From assembly GCA_041690135.1 (NCBI GenBank), contig JAWLHY010000006.1, positions 166,327-230,326 of the forward strand: a stretch of 64,000 nt of DNA. The letters run 5' to 3'. This document shows positions 9,301 through 18,213 of the stretch, one piece after another (within the stretch, counting starts at the first letter, position 1; each line of letters starts with the position of its first letter). Source of the stretch: Armatimonadota bacterium. GTDB lineage: Bacteria; Armatimonadota; SYMT01. Under the pieces are notes generated by a model. It ran no database searches, was not told where the DNA came from, and saw only the letters and a program-made list of their open reading frames with translations. The position numbers and the translations under genes were made by a program.

Positions 9301-11619
9301 GGTCTCGTGCAGGCGCTCCAAGGATATGCCAGCCAGCCGTAGAGCATGGGTGAGGGTGAGGCCATCCACGTCCACCTGGGACTGTACGTGCCACTTGAAC
9401 TGCGGGGGACGACCCTCTTCCGCCACGGTCTGGCGCGTCAACTCGATCGTATCGGTGCGGAGCGAGACGGGCGCTCGTTCCAGGGCAACCTCCGTGAGAA
9501 GGAGCTTTTCCTCGCCATTCCACACGAACGCGGCTTCCGCGTAGTCCGCCGTGAGATCCGGCTGGCTCAGCAAGGCAGGCTGATAAACCTGAACGCGGCC
9601 GGATACCTTCGGTTTGGCGACGGATCCCGAAAGTTGCGCGACGACATACGCCTGGCCGGATACCCGTTCCTGGATGCGTCCCGCCAGCAGCCTTTCGAGA
9701 CTCAGCCCGCGACCTGTCAGATCGAGCGCCAGCTCATTTTCACGCGTCACCGTCCCCGAAAGAGTGATCTGCTCGCCCCGCTGCTCCACAACCGCGTAGG
9801 GAATGTGGAAGGCGCCCGTCTCATAGACAACTCGCCCGGTCACGCGGTCGAAGCTCTCATCACCGACTTCGAGCGGTCCGGCTTCCACGTAGCCTGCCAC
9901 GCGGGGAGCGTCCAGGGTGCCGGAAGCGACGAACTGGACGCTTGCACCGCCTGAAATGCGGGTTCGAGCTTCCACCTGCGGCCAGTGCTCCGGTCGGAGG
10001 TGACGCGCTTCTCCCGCCGCGTAGAATTCGGACGGGCTTTTCGCCAGGTCGATCCAACCCTTAGCGGTGATGCTGCCGTCCAGTGCCCGGCCGGCAGCCG
10101 TGAACTGGAGCCACTTTTCCCGCAGGCGAAAGCCCGTCGTGAGACCCTGGATAGGCACCTCGCGATACCGACCTTCCGCCGCGCGCAGCTCGCCATCTAA
10201 CTGGAGCGGCGTTCCGGTGCGGTAGTGCCCGCGATAGGTAGCGCGGATGGTCCGCAGCTCGGCCTGGGTTCCACCGTCGGAACCGGCGTGGAGCACGAGA
10301 GGCGTGACGGCGCTCCCCTGGAAGTCCCACCCCTTTTCACTCCCGGCCAGCGCGGCGTCAACCCGCACTGGCTGGGTTACGGCGACCCCTTCCGGCAGCT
10401 TTACATCCGGAAGCACCCTGCGTAGCCAGACTGGCGTCACCTGATCCGCCCGCAGCTTCAGCCGGGTCTGGAGCCTGGGGAGCAGCGCAACCTCTCCGCT
10501 CGTGGTGACAGGCAGCCCCGCCACGCGCAATGAACCATCTACTATCGCGGCCGCCCCGTTGACGATGATCTGGCCGCGAATAGCGGTGAGCGGGTGCGCG
10601 AATGAGTTGAGGTGCAGGTCTCCATCGGACACCGCCAGGGTCGCTTGGTACTCTGGAGGGGCGCCCTTCCGATGGCCCCACGCAGATATCACCGCGCGAA
10701 CGGTTCCCCGGCGGATGTGGAACGGTTCCTCCTTCCGGGTGGATACATAGTCGTACCAGTACTGCGGTTGGTCGGAGATGACGTTCGCGTTGACCATCCA
10801 GGTGCCTTTCCTGGCATCCGCATGGCCTTCAACCGTTACCGGTCGCCGAGCACCTCGTCGTATGGGTCCGTCGGTCAAATCGCCAGCAAGTGCGAACTGC
10901 AACTGGGGATGGGCGCCGAACCCGACTCGTAAAGAGCCCAAAAAGCGATGGTGCTGCACGCCCGCGAGCCGGCCCGCCCGCTCGTTCCAGAAGTCGAGCT
11001 GGGCATCTCTGGCAACGACCGAGCCGCGAAAGGCGAGGGGCTTTTCTTCCTTCCGCTTCGGCAGTAAGTTCTCGTAATTCCACTTCCCGCGACGGTCGCG
11101 GCGGATGTGCAACCGGGGCTTCTCCACGTGAACCTGGGAAACCGTAGCCAGGACGTCGCCGCCTCCCTTCAAGAGGGGAGCCAGGTCGAATTGCGTGGAG
11201 GCAGCCGGGGCCACCAGAAACTGGCTTCCGTCCGCCTGCAACACGCGGAGGTCGCGAATAGAGAGGCTTGCGCGGGTGTCCCTCCCCAGTCCCCGGCCAA
11301 GCAAGCTACTCCAATGCTGAAGGCTCGGATCGAAGCGAAGTTCCACCCGACCCGCGGTGAGGAAATCCGGCTCATTGGCAGCGAGGCCTCGCCCTACTTT
11401 GAGGCCTTCCACCACCGCCAGTCCGGGGCGTTCCAGGGAGAGCCGGTCGTAGCGGATCCGCCGTTCCAGACGCTTTTCAACTTCTGCCAGCACGGTGGGT
11501 GCGATACCCTGCAGCACGCGTTGGGCATACTGACGCACCTGCTGCCCGATCCCAACGATCAGCAACAGGGCTAAGAACAGCATGAGACCGCGTGCGCGGC
11601 GAGACCCGGGGAGGTGCAT
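6349..11619 (-). CDS. Large AsmA/TamB-like protein
   Basis: 1756 aa, N-terminal TM anchor, beta-strand-rich repeats, TamB-like C-terminus (TDPPLPAGEIEALI...LGRQLFGKLYGTVS...YRLTPRVRV); upstream of Omp85. Confidence 0.8.
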   Translation of the reverse strand: MHLPGSRRARGLMLFLALLLIVGIGQQVRQYAQRVLQGIAPTVLAEVEKRLERRIRYDRLSLERPGLAVVEGLKVGRGLAANEPDFLTAGRVELRFDPSLQHWSSLLGRGLGRDTRASLSIRDLRVLQADGSQFLVAPAASTQFDLAPLLKGGGDVLATVSQVHVEKPRLHIRRDRRGKWNYENLLPKRKEEKPLAFRGSVVARDAQLDFWNERAGRLAGVQHHRFLGSLRVGFGAHPQLQFALAGDLTDGPIRRGARRPVTVEGHADARKGTWMVNANVISDQPQYWYDYVSTRKEEPFHIRRGTVRAVISAWGHRKGAPPEYQATLAVSDGDLHLNSFAHPLTAIRGQIIVNGAAAIVDGSLRVAGLPVTTSGEVALLPRLQTRLKLRADQVTPVWLRRVLPDVKLPEGVAVTQPVRVDAALAGSEKGWDFQGSAVTPLVLHAGSDGGTQAELRTIRATYRGHYRTGTPLQLDGELRAAEGRYREVPIQGLTTGFRLREKWLQFTAAGRALDGSITAKGWIDLAKSPSEFYAAGEARHLRPEHWPQVEARTRISGGASVQFVASGTLDAPRVAGYVEAGPLEVGDESFDRVTGRVVYETGAFHIPYAVVEQRGEQITLSGTVTRENELALDLTGRGLSLERLLAGRIQERVSGQAYVVAQLSGSVAKPKVSGRVQVYQPALLSQPDLTADYAEAAFVWNGEEKLLLTEVALERAPVSLRTDTIELTRQTVAEEGRPPQFKWHVQSQVDVDGLTLTHALRLAGISLERLHETPISGSLDAFSVGVAGSIEAPELTFEAQGSRVAYQQFDLGSVHVVGKVDLAQSTVELSDLSAASTLLQAGGAGKLLWDPKAPPDDRTSQMHLDLRLDVRGIRLAPLITRFAPEVRNYASVSATLEQAVVHVSGTVGEPQVEGEFALAGLILNGRAVPMQPFRVQWNRQLTVLRELNARFGSGTLRIPHLVVWQEGRTPKAHLLDWLGGQIVVDAVPVAVIEQLVQDSPFYGRKSFDTLREALDQWTSPVAGHLSATLSVPIGAGPIPTTLAAVGNAMRMRAHPSVVGELSVPDLASPPDSEAPPMRLASRFSYRPGRLEVADLTLVQEPETKLSLAGVLVEPSGDDPGSLNAHARGEKLKISSLARLPIRGLEARLQGIQPLDGIAEVSLAASGSVKFPHLKLNIEVDEPLLSGIPFDKFALEGAEYSATEGMLRATAARLVKRLPSGESQVRVIGSLPLTWPKLVVPVDARRELTVLVPEQSLSVLNELAAESEALAAERGGENPSRMAPLVAALRQIAATHGKMEGRITLGGTRENPANDGFFRLSDATLRVEGLETEIREVNLRVDLRGDQLELTQLSGNSNHGGAVEGAGTVTLGSVDGVPASARLDIRLSVDQFKFIEKKVGSLLGEAFKGTQTRGVLQSVNRASVKQPAPIRITGDLQHPTITGAIRLDESSTLLAYDPIFSEPRESEPGGPTVDLQLVIGNNVWLRNPQARLKLGEGVRVTQTVGAPLVTGEIRVLEGTIPLPGLRLRNVEGVLRIAYDGRGRDAGAEGRTSLYVDLTATSTVRLQRTVALEAEDYELEFLIRGTPGTGGEGSVRPAGVSGGLLLGGDGGLTITVRTDPPLPAGEIEALIRQHFGVEGFGGGGSNVVEALRTQIEQAIAANVSSALTGRIEDALQSALGLSVFAIDVGVSQPLRIRLGRQLFGKLYGTVSQQFGSAEGDNPTRYEVYYRLTPRVRVGYRQEEPLGVRVFFFSGGISF

Positions 11620-11943
11620 GCGCAGAAACCAGGGGCCAGCGCTTTGGATAGCGCCACGGAGAGAAACATCACTCTCCCCTTATCTTATCGGTGGTCTGGG
11701 CCCCGCACCAGTGCCCGCCCCTGCTTCAGGTGAGGATTCTCGCGAACTCGGCAGCGGCCCGCAGGGGATCCGAGCAGAACTGTATAAGTTTTCAGAGCAA
11801 AGCTTTACAGGCTTACTGGTGGAGGTGGCGGCTACTCCAGGAGGGGCTGCAAAAGTCTCTTATCTTCGTAGTACGTCATGCCTGACCTGTTCGGGGTGGT
11901 GGTCCACGTTAGTCAGCGGTCGCAGTGGTGGTACCCCGGAGAG

Positions 11944-13323
11944 ATGAGTTCCGAAAGGCGCATGGTAGCGGGCTTCCTCGCGGCGGTAACGGCGGTTTCC
12001 CTGCTGTTGCTGGGATTGTTTGCGGCCTGGGGCCGCGCAGGCCGCGCCCTCGCCATGACCGATGATCGCCGGCCCCTCCTGTTCACCGGCTGGGGAGGGA
12101 TCATTGAGAGACAAGTCTTCGAACGGCTCATCGCGGAGTTCGAACGCCTGCACCCGGAGATCCGGGTCGATTACCGACCGACGCCCCGAGACTACCCCAC
12201 CAAGCTCAAACTGATGTTCGCCGGGGGAACGCCTCCGGACGTGTTCTACCTTCCCGACACGGAGTTTCCCGGGTTTGCGATCAACGGTCGGATCTTGAAC
12301 CTCCAACCCTGGATCGACAGGAGCGTCGTGATCCGAGAACGGGAATTCTGGCCCTCGTCTCTGCGGCGTTACCGGTTTGATGACCGGGTGTTCGGGCGCG
12401 GCCCTCTCTATGCGTTGCCGAAGGACATTGGTCCCACGGCGATGTTCGTAAACCTCGATCTGCTGCGTGCCGTGAACCCGGGACTGGCGGCCAGGATCCA
12501 GAAGCGAGAAGTTGCCCCGACCCTCACCTGGCCGGAAGCTGAACAGCTCTGGAAGGAGCTGACCCGCGATCTCAATGGCGATGGTCGCACCGACCAGTGG
12601 GGTACCCACGGAATCACGCTGGAAGCTGCGGTCTGGAGCCACGGCGGCAAGTTCCTCAGCGACGATGGACGCTGTTTCATCATGCTGCAGGACGCGCTCG
12701 CGATTGAGGCGGCCGAATGGCTCGTGGGGCTACAGACCCGCCTGAAGGTCGCGCCCATGGAGCGGCAAAGGCAGTCGATTCCGGTCGACACGTTGTTCCT
12801 TACCGGTCGGCTCGCCACTTTCGTCGGAGGCCGCTGGATGGTTCCGCAGTTCCGCAGGGCCGCATTCGCTTGGGACGTGTTACCCGTTCCTGTCAGCCCG
12901 CGAACGCGGCGTCTGGCCGGGTGGAGCGGCAGCGTGGGCCTGGCCATCTCCTCGCACTGCCGGCACCCGGGAGATGCCTGGAAGCTGATCGAGTTTCTGT
13001 CCGGCCCGCAGGGACAGGCGGCACAGGCGAGAACCGGGTTCCAGATTCCCAATCAACGCTGGCTTTCGCACACCGAAGTCTTCTTGCAGCCCGGCCAGCG
13101 CCCCGAACATGCAGAAGTCTTCATCGATGCAGCCGGATATCAGGACGCCGGACCTCCGACCCGCACGCCGGATGATGAATGGTGGGACCTCCTCCACCGC
13201 TCGCTTTCGCGCGCCTACCGCGGTGAGGCAACCGCACGGGAGGCGGTGTTGCGGGTCGCGCCGGACGTGCAGGCGGCACTCGATCGCGCGTGGCGCGCCA
13301 TAGATCGCGAGCGCAGACCATGA
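11944..13323 (+). CDS. Sugar ABC transporter substrate-binding protein
   Basis: FERLHPEIRV, GTPPDVFY, LYALPKD, AWKLIEFLSG; followed by two permeases. Confidence 0.9.
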   Translation: MSSERRMVAGFLAAVTAVSLLLLGLFAAWGRAGRALAMTDDRRPLLFTGWGGIIERQVFERLIAEFERLHPEIRVDYRPTPRDYPTKLKLMFAGGTPPDVFYLPDTEFPGFAINGRILNLQPWIDRSVVIREREFWPSSLRRYRFDDRVFGRGPLYALPKDIGPTAMFVNLDLLRAVNPGLAARIQKREVAPTLTWPEAEQLWKELTRDLNGDGRTDQWGTHGITLEAAVWSHGGKFLSDDGRCFIMLQDALAIEAAEWLVGLQTRLKVAPMERQRQSIPVDTLFLTGRLATFVGGRWMVPQFRRAAFAWDVLPVPVSPRTRRLAGWSGSVGLAISSHCRHPGDAWKLIEFLSGPQGQAAQARTGFQIPNQRWLSHTEVFLQPGQRPEHAEVFIDAAGYQDAGPPTRTPDDEWWDLLHRSLSRAYRGEATAREAVLRVAPDVQAALDRAWRAIDRERRP

Positions 13324-14222
13324 CCGAAAAGCCACCTATCCGAACTCTCGGCCCGCTGGCCAGATCGGAAGCTCGTTGGGCCTACGGCTTCATCCTGGCG
13401 CCGTTCGTCGGGTTTGTGCTGTTTGGGTTGGGCCCCGTCCTGGCATCCGCCCTGTTGAGCTTCTATGAATACAACCTGCTGGGGGCCCCGCGCTGGATCG
13501 GCCTGGGAAACTTCCGGGAACTGGGAGGCGATGCGCGGTTCCACGAGTCTCTCTGGAACACGGCTTTCTTCCTCCTGGGAATTCCAGTTGGTATGGCGCT
13601 CTCGCTACTAGTCGCGCTCGCTCTCAACCGGATGCCTGGGGCACCGCTACTCCGGTCGCTCTACTTCCTTCCCGCGGTGACGAGCATCGTCGCCGTATCG
13701 TTGTTGTGGACGTGGCTCTACAACCCGGAGTTCGGTTGGATCAACAACGTGCTGTCGCAGTTGGGTATTGTTGGGCCTGCGTGGCTCCAGGACCCGTTGT
13801 GGGTGAAACCGGCCCTGATCCTGATGGGCATCTGGATGGGTTTAGGCCACTCGCTCCTGCTCTACCTGGCGGGGCTACAAAGCATACCCGGCGCCCTACT
13901 GGAAGCCGCCTCCCTTGATGGAGCCGGCGTCGTGGGTCGTTTCCGGTGGGTGGTGTGGCCACTGCTGACCCCTACCACCTTTTTCATCGTCATTACGTCC
14001 GTCATCGGCACGCTGCAGATGTTCGGGCAGATCTACATGATGACCCAGGGCGGTCCGGAGTTCGCCTCGGCCACCACTATGTACTACCTGTGGGAGACGG
14101 CGTTCCAGTGGAACCGCATGGGCTATGCCTGCGCGATGGCCTGGATCCTGGGAAGTGCGATCATCGGCGCCACCGGGGCACAGTTCGCGGTAGCCCGCAG
14201 GTGGGTCTACTACCAGGAGTGA
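13320..14222 (+). CDS. Sugar ABC transporter permease
   Basis: ATGA overlap with the binding-protein stop; EAASLDGAG (EAA loop), MTQGGP. Confidence 0.93.
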   Translation: MTEKPPIRTLGPLARSEARWAYGFILAPFVGFVLFGLGPVLASALLSFYEYNLLGAPRWIGLGNFRELGGDARFHESLWNTAFFLLGIPVGMALSLLVALALNRMPGAPLLRSLYFLPAVTSIVAVSLLWTWLYNPEFGWINNVLSQLGIVGPAWLQDPLWVKPALILMGIWMGLGHSLLLYLAGLQSIPGALLEAASLDGAGVVGRFRWVVWPLLTPTTFFIVITSVIGTLQMFGQIYMMTQGGPEFASATTMYYLWETAFQWNRMGYACAMAWILGSAIIGATGAQFAVARRWVYYQE

Positions 14223-14233
14223 CCCTCGGGGGG

Positions 14234-14275
14234 ATTGCCAATTGAGAATTGCAAATTGCAAATTGCTAATTGGGA
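14234..14275. repeat. Degenerate 7-mer tandem array, 6 x ATTGnnA
   Basis: attgcca attgaga attgcaa attgcaa attgcta attggga, an AT-rich patch at the permease-permease junction. Confidence 0.9.
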
Positions 14276-15081
14276 CCACCGTTGCGAGGGGCGGAGTGGT
14301 GGTCGGTGCGGTGGTGATGCTGCTGCCTTTCGGCTGGATGCTCTCCACGGCGCTACAAACACCCGCTGAGGTATTCTCGCAGCCGCCACGCTGGCTGCCC
14401 CGGGCGCCGCAGTGGGGGAACTTTGTTCAGGCGACCACCGTCGTGCCGTTCTGGCAGGGAGTGCTGAATACCTTGCTCATCACGCTCCCAGGGCTGATCG
14501 GTGGTCTGTTTGCCTCGGCCCTGGCCGCTTACGCATTCGCCCGGCTCCGGTTTCCCGGCCGGGAGATGCTCTTTGGGACGCTCCTGGTGACGTTGATGAT
14601 TCCCGCCGCCGTGACCATGGTGCCCCTGTTCGTGCTCTTTCGAGAACTGCGTTGGATCGACAGCTTCCGACCGCTTATCGTCCCAGCCCTCTTCGGCGGC
14701 GCCTATGCCATTTTCTTTCTCCGGCAGTTCTTTAGAACACTCCCCGCTGACCTGGACGAAGCCTCCCGTATCGACGGTTGCTCGTACTGGCAAACCTTCT
14801 GGAAGATCCTGCTCCCCCTCGCCCACGCGCCCGTGGCGACCCTGGCGGTATTCGGCTTCCTTGCCGGATGGAACGAGTTCCTGGCGCCGCTGATCTATCT
14901 CAGCTCTCCAGAACGGTTTCCGCTGCAACTGGTTCTGGCGGAGTTCCAGAGCCTCTACTACACGGACTGGTCGCTGATGATGGCGGGCGCGACCCTGGCC
15001 AGCCTACCCGTCATGGCACTTTATCTCGTCGCCCAACGCTACGTGGCGGAAGGGATTGCCCTCTCGGGAATCAAGGCTTAA
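14242..15081 (+). CDS. Carbohydrate ABC transporter permease
   Basis: AAYAFARLRFPG, FFLRQFF, DEASRIDGC, WNEFLAPLIYL. N-terminus overlaps the 7-mer array, so the start is uncertain. Confidence 0.92.
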   Translation: MRIANCKLLIGTTVARGGVVVGAVVMLLPFGWMLSTALQTPAEVFSQPPRWLPRAPQWGNFVQATTVVPFWQGVLNTLLITLPGLIGGLFASALAAYAFARLRFPGREMLFGTLLVTLMIPAAVTMVPLFVLFRELRWIDSFRPLIVPALFGGAYAIFFLRQFFRTLPADLDEASRIDGCSYWQTFWKILLPLAHAPVATLAVFGFLAGWNEFLAPLIYLSSPERFPLQLVLAEFQSLYYTDWSLMMAGATLASLPVMALYLVAQRYVAEGIALSGIKA

Positions 15082-15866
15082 CTGGATGCGCGAGACATGC
15101 CGGCACTGTCGGGCTGCAAGATCTTGATACCGATCACCGAACGCCGAGCTCGTGGAAGGTACTCCAGCAATGGCTCATCGATCACCTTCTTCCGAGTCTG
15201 GCTGGCGTGTCGCAGGATCAGTGTCCCCTTGTTCCGGAACAAAAATCCGACGTGGCCGGCTACGATATCGGGCCGGTCAAGGACGAAAAGCACCACGGAA
15301 CCATCCGGGATCTGCGCCTGCACCGCAGCTACTTTTGCCCGCGGAAGATAGGTCGTCTTCACCGCTCGCGCGACGGCGCCGGATCGCTTGGGATCGCCGC
15401 CCCGCGAAGACAACAACTTCGGAAGATCGATTTGCCGGTTGATCCACTTCACGTGGTTGCCACCGACTTGTGCCGTGACATCCCGCGCAGGCCAGGGGTA
15501 GATCAACCAATCCGGCACGCAATAATGGTGGCGGTTCTCCAACCGCACCTGACCACGCCGGTACCGGATTAACCGTACCGCGGCATCGAGCCCGCCCACC
15601 CACGGAGCAATCGCCTCCGCCATGACCTGTTCCACCAGAGTCTGGCAGTCGGCATATTTGCGGCTGAACAACGGGTCCCTATCCGGTCCGGTAGCTTCAC
15701 CAAGACAATCGAGACGGTACGGAACGCCGAGGTAACGGCCACTGATGGCACGCAAGCGCGAAGGAGAAACCGCATGCACCGGGACGGTGGCTGCTTCGAC
15801 ACCTTGCCCGATAGCGATCCAACCGAATAGGCCCAATATCGCCAACCGCCGGTACACCCGCCTCAT
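15078..15866 (-). CDS. DUF1460 / NlpC-P60-fold amidase-like secreted protein
   Basis: Signal peptide, YLGVPY, DCQTLVE (Cys), IRY..G, RHHY, GHVGF, LRHAS. Confidence 0.8.
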   Translation of the reverse strand: MRRVYRRLAILGLFGWIAIGQGVEAATVPVHAVSPSRLRAISGRYLGVPYRLDCLGEATGPDRDPLFSRKYADCQTLVEQVMAEAIAPWVGGLDAAVRLIRYRRGQVRLENRHHYCVPDWLIYPWPARDVTAQVGGNHVKWINRQIDLPKLLSSRGGDPKRSGAVARAVKTTYLPRAKVAAVQAQIPDGSVVLFVLDRPDIVAGHVGFLFRNKGTLILRHASQTRKKVIDEPLLEYLPRARRSVIGIKILQPDSAGMSRASS

Positions 15867-17590
15867 GGAAGGTCTTCCAGCAGAGGCTGGGGCTGGTACC
15901 GATCGCCGGTTCCTAACTGTTCGTCTACCAGACTCAGCAGTGCCGAAGACCGATCGACCGGCCTTTCCAACTCCCGAATAAGTGCCAGCGCCCGCCGTGG
16001 CTCCACGCTAAAGAGACCCCGCGCAGCCTCGGCCAATGCGCTCCCCCGCTCACGCCGGTCGGGAATATGGGGGGCTAGCTCCATCACAATCTCCGGAGCG
16101 ACACCAGCGGCCGCACGCGAAAAGTCACCCATGGATGGACAGTCGATCCGCCGCAACAGCAGGTCGCAAACCCGCCGAAGCGCCGCCTTACCCTGCACCG
16201 GATCACAGCGGTGGAGCGCGAGAGCGGCCTGTGTCATCCCCTCGGTATCGTCACTCGCTTCGGCAACCGAGAGCCAGCGCTGGAGCACCACAGCGCCCGC
16301 CCCGGCATCGAGTTGCTCCATCCAGCGGCTGGCCTCGGGGAGGCCCAGCACGCCCGGGATCCGGGGATCGTCATCCGAGAGGCGCGACAGCACCCGTTCG
16401 ATCAACGGCTTTGCCGCGCTGATATCCAGGTAGGGCGAGCGGTCGGTCCGGAACACCAGGTCCAGGATATGGGCGTATTCCCAAAGGGCTTCCAGCGCCT
16501 CCCCTTCCCGCATCGCTTGCGCAAACAGATCGGCTGCTTCCCGCGGATGCGAGGCCGCGAGTTCATTGGCGATCAGCACATAGGTAGCGATCCGCCGGGC
16601 GCCCTCCTCATCCTGGGAGGCGGCGGCGATCGCATCGTGAAAAATACGCCCCGCCCACTCCCGGTCCAACTCCGCTACCGCCGACGCCACCCCCGTCCAG
16701 TGGAGCGCCTGCATCTGGGTTCCGGAACTCTCTCCGGCTTCCAGGGCCTTCTGGAACAGGCGACGGGCTCGCTCGGGCTCCGTACCGATGGCGGCATGCG
16801 CCAGCCGCACGATGGCTTCCGGACCCTGCATGTGGGCGATAAAGAGAGCGTCCTCTTCGGCGCCATCGAACACCGCTCCGCGCTGCACCGCATCCGGCAG
16901 GTTGCCGGCAACCTGCATCCGCACTTCCAGGCGCATCACGGGGTCTTGTATCTCCGACGCCAGGGCGACGGCGTGTGCTGGATCCTGCACCCCCAGCGTG
17001 TTCGCCAGAAACACCAGCAGTGGATCGCGGGACTCGAGCTCACGGCAAAGGCGCTCCGCTTCAGCCAGGAAGGCACTCCCCCGGGCCTCCCCCATTACCA
17101 CCAGCGCTTCCCCCACCAGCGCCAATGCCAGCGCCGCGGTTCGCCCCTCGCCCTCGTCGCGGGTCACGAGGGCCTCGGTCTCGGGGACCAAGCGGGACGC
17201 AGCCAGGCGTCCGGCCTCCGCATCTTTCTCGTAGAGCGTGACCGCCAACTCCGACAGCTCGTTCAGAACCCGCAACTGGTCGTCTGGGGACTGCGCACGA
17301 GCAATCTCTAACGCACGGGAGAAGAATGGCTCCAGATCCGTCTCGCTTTGACGAATCAGGTCTCTGCAGACGGTAGCGAGAAGATCCAAACGAGCGCCGA
17401 CGTCTTCCGTGGCAGCATCGATGCGTTGGCCGGCACTCCGAGGGTCAACGGTCGAGAGCCGGTAAAGCCACGCCACACAATGACGCTCCCGCATCACGGG
17501 ATGGGTGATGGACGTGGCTTCCCGGAGGCCCTCCTCCGCGACTGCGAGAAGATCCGGAGCACCCGTTGCAGGGGTTTGGTCAGTGAACAT
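15863..17590 (-). CDS. Hypothetical all-alpha (HEAT/TPR-like) protein
   Basis: 575 aa A/L/E/R-rich helical ORF; ATGA overlap with the downstream gene. Confidence 0.7.
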   Translation of the reverse strand: MFTDQTPATGAPDLLAVAEEGLREATSITHPVMRERHCVAWLYRLSTVDPRSAGQRIDAATEDVGARLDLLATVCRDLIRQSETDLEPFFSRALEIARAQSPDDQLRVLNELSELAVTLYEKDAEAGRLAASRLVPETEALVTRDEGEGRTAALALALVGEALVVMGEARGSAFLAEAERLCRELESRDPLLVFLANTLGVQDPAHAVALASEIQDPVMRLEVRMQVAGNLPDAVQRGAVFDGAEEDALFIAHMQGPEAIVRLAHAAIGTEPERARRLFQKALEAGESSGTQMQALHWTGVASAVAELDREWAGRIFHDAIAAASQDEEGARRIATYVLIANELAASHPREAADLFAQAMREGEALEALWEYAHILDLVFRTDRSPYLDISAAKPLIERVLSRLSDDDPRIPGVLGLPEASRWMEQLDAGAGAVVLQRWLSVAEASDDTEGMTQAALALHRCDPVQGKAALRRVCDLLLRRIDCPSMGDFSRAAAGVAPEIVMELAPHIPDRRERGSALAEAARGLFSVEPRRALALIRELERPVDRSSALLSLVDEQLGTGDRYQPQPLLEDLP

Positions 17591-17592
17591 GA

Positions 17593-18213
17593 CTATCCAA
17601 TAAAGCTCAACAGGTCGAGTTCGGCTCGCGCACATTCGTCCGCCGCGCTGCGGAGCTGTTTCAGCAGCCCCGAAGGACGGCTCCGCTGCCGCTGCATCGC
17701 GGCGTCAAGACCCTCAACCAGTTTGCCGGCCTCTTCGCGGGTGATGTATCCGAGATACGGCCCCACATCTTCGGCCGTCCCCTTCTCCCAGAGGTGCCGG
17801 GTGCCCCGTACTTCTCTGCCTCGGGTCAGGTAGTTCGCCAGGCGGTGGGCGTCGCTCCCCTTCGGCAATTGATCGACTAACGCCTGCAGGCGGTCGAGCG
17901 GCATTTCCTCGGACAGAGGGTCCTGATCCACGAATTCGTCGAAGAGATCGATGAGGATCTGCGTCACCAGGTAACGCTCATCTTCTTCGAGGCCTTCGTA
18001 AAGCTTGCCTTCATAAACGATCCGCTTGAGGAGCCGTTCCAGTACCGGTAGCGCCCGGGGTTCCCACCCGCCCCCTTCATCGTCATCGTCATCATCTTCC
18101 ATGAGCGCCTTCCAGGCCTCCTGGTAGCGCGTGTCATCGCCGCAGCCGATCCACCCGTGTAATTCATCCAGCTCCACGGCGTAGAGGATCACGTTGACTT
18201 CAGATCTGGCCAT
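17593..18213 (-). CDS. Hypothetical acidic protein
   Basis: GAAGGGGAGAG RBS, overlaps the ftcD end, has an EDDDDDDE tract. Confidence 0.75.
   Translation of the reverse strand: MARSEVNVILYAVELDELHGWIGCGDDTRYQEAWKALMEDDDDDDEGGGWEPRALPVLERLLKRIVYEGKLYEGLEEDERYLVTQILIDLFDEFVDQDPLSEEMPLDRLQALVDQLPKGSDAHRLANYLTRGREVRGTRHLWEKGTAEDVGPYLGYITREEAGKLVEGLDAAMQRQRSRPSGLLKQLRSAADECARAELDLLSFIG

Noticed and set aside
18075-18100. TCA/TCG trinucleotide run
   Set aside because: It encodes the poly-Asp tract of the 17593-18213 protein.
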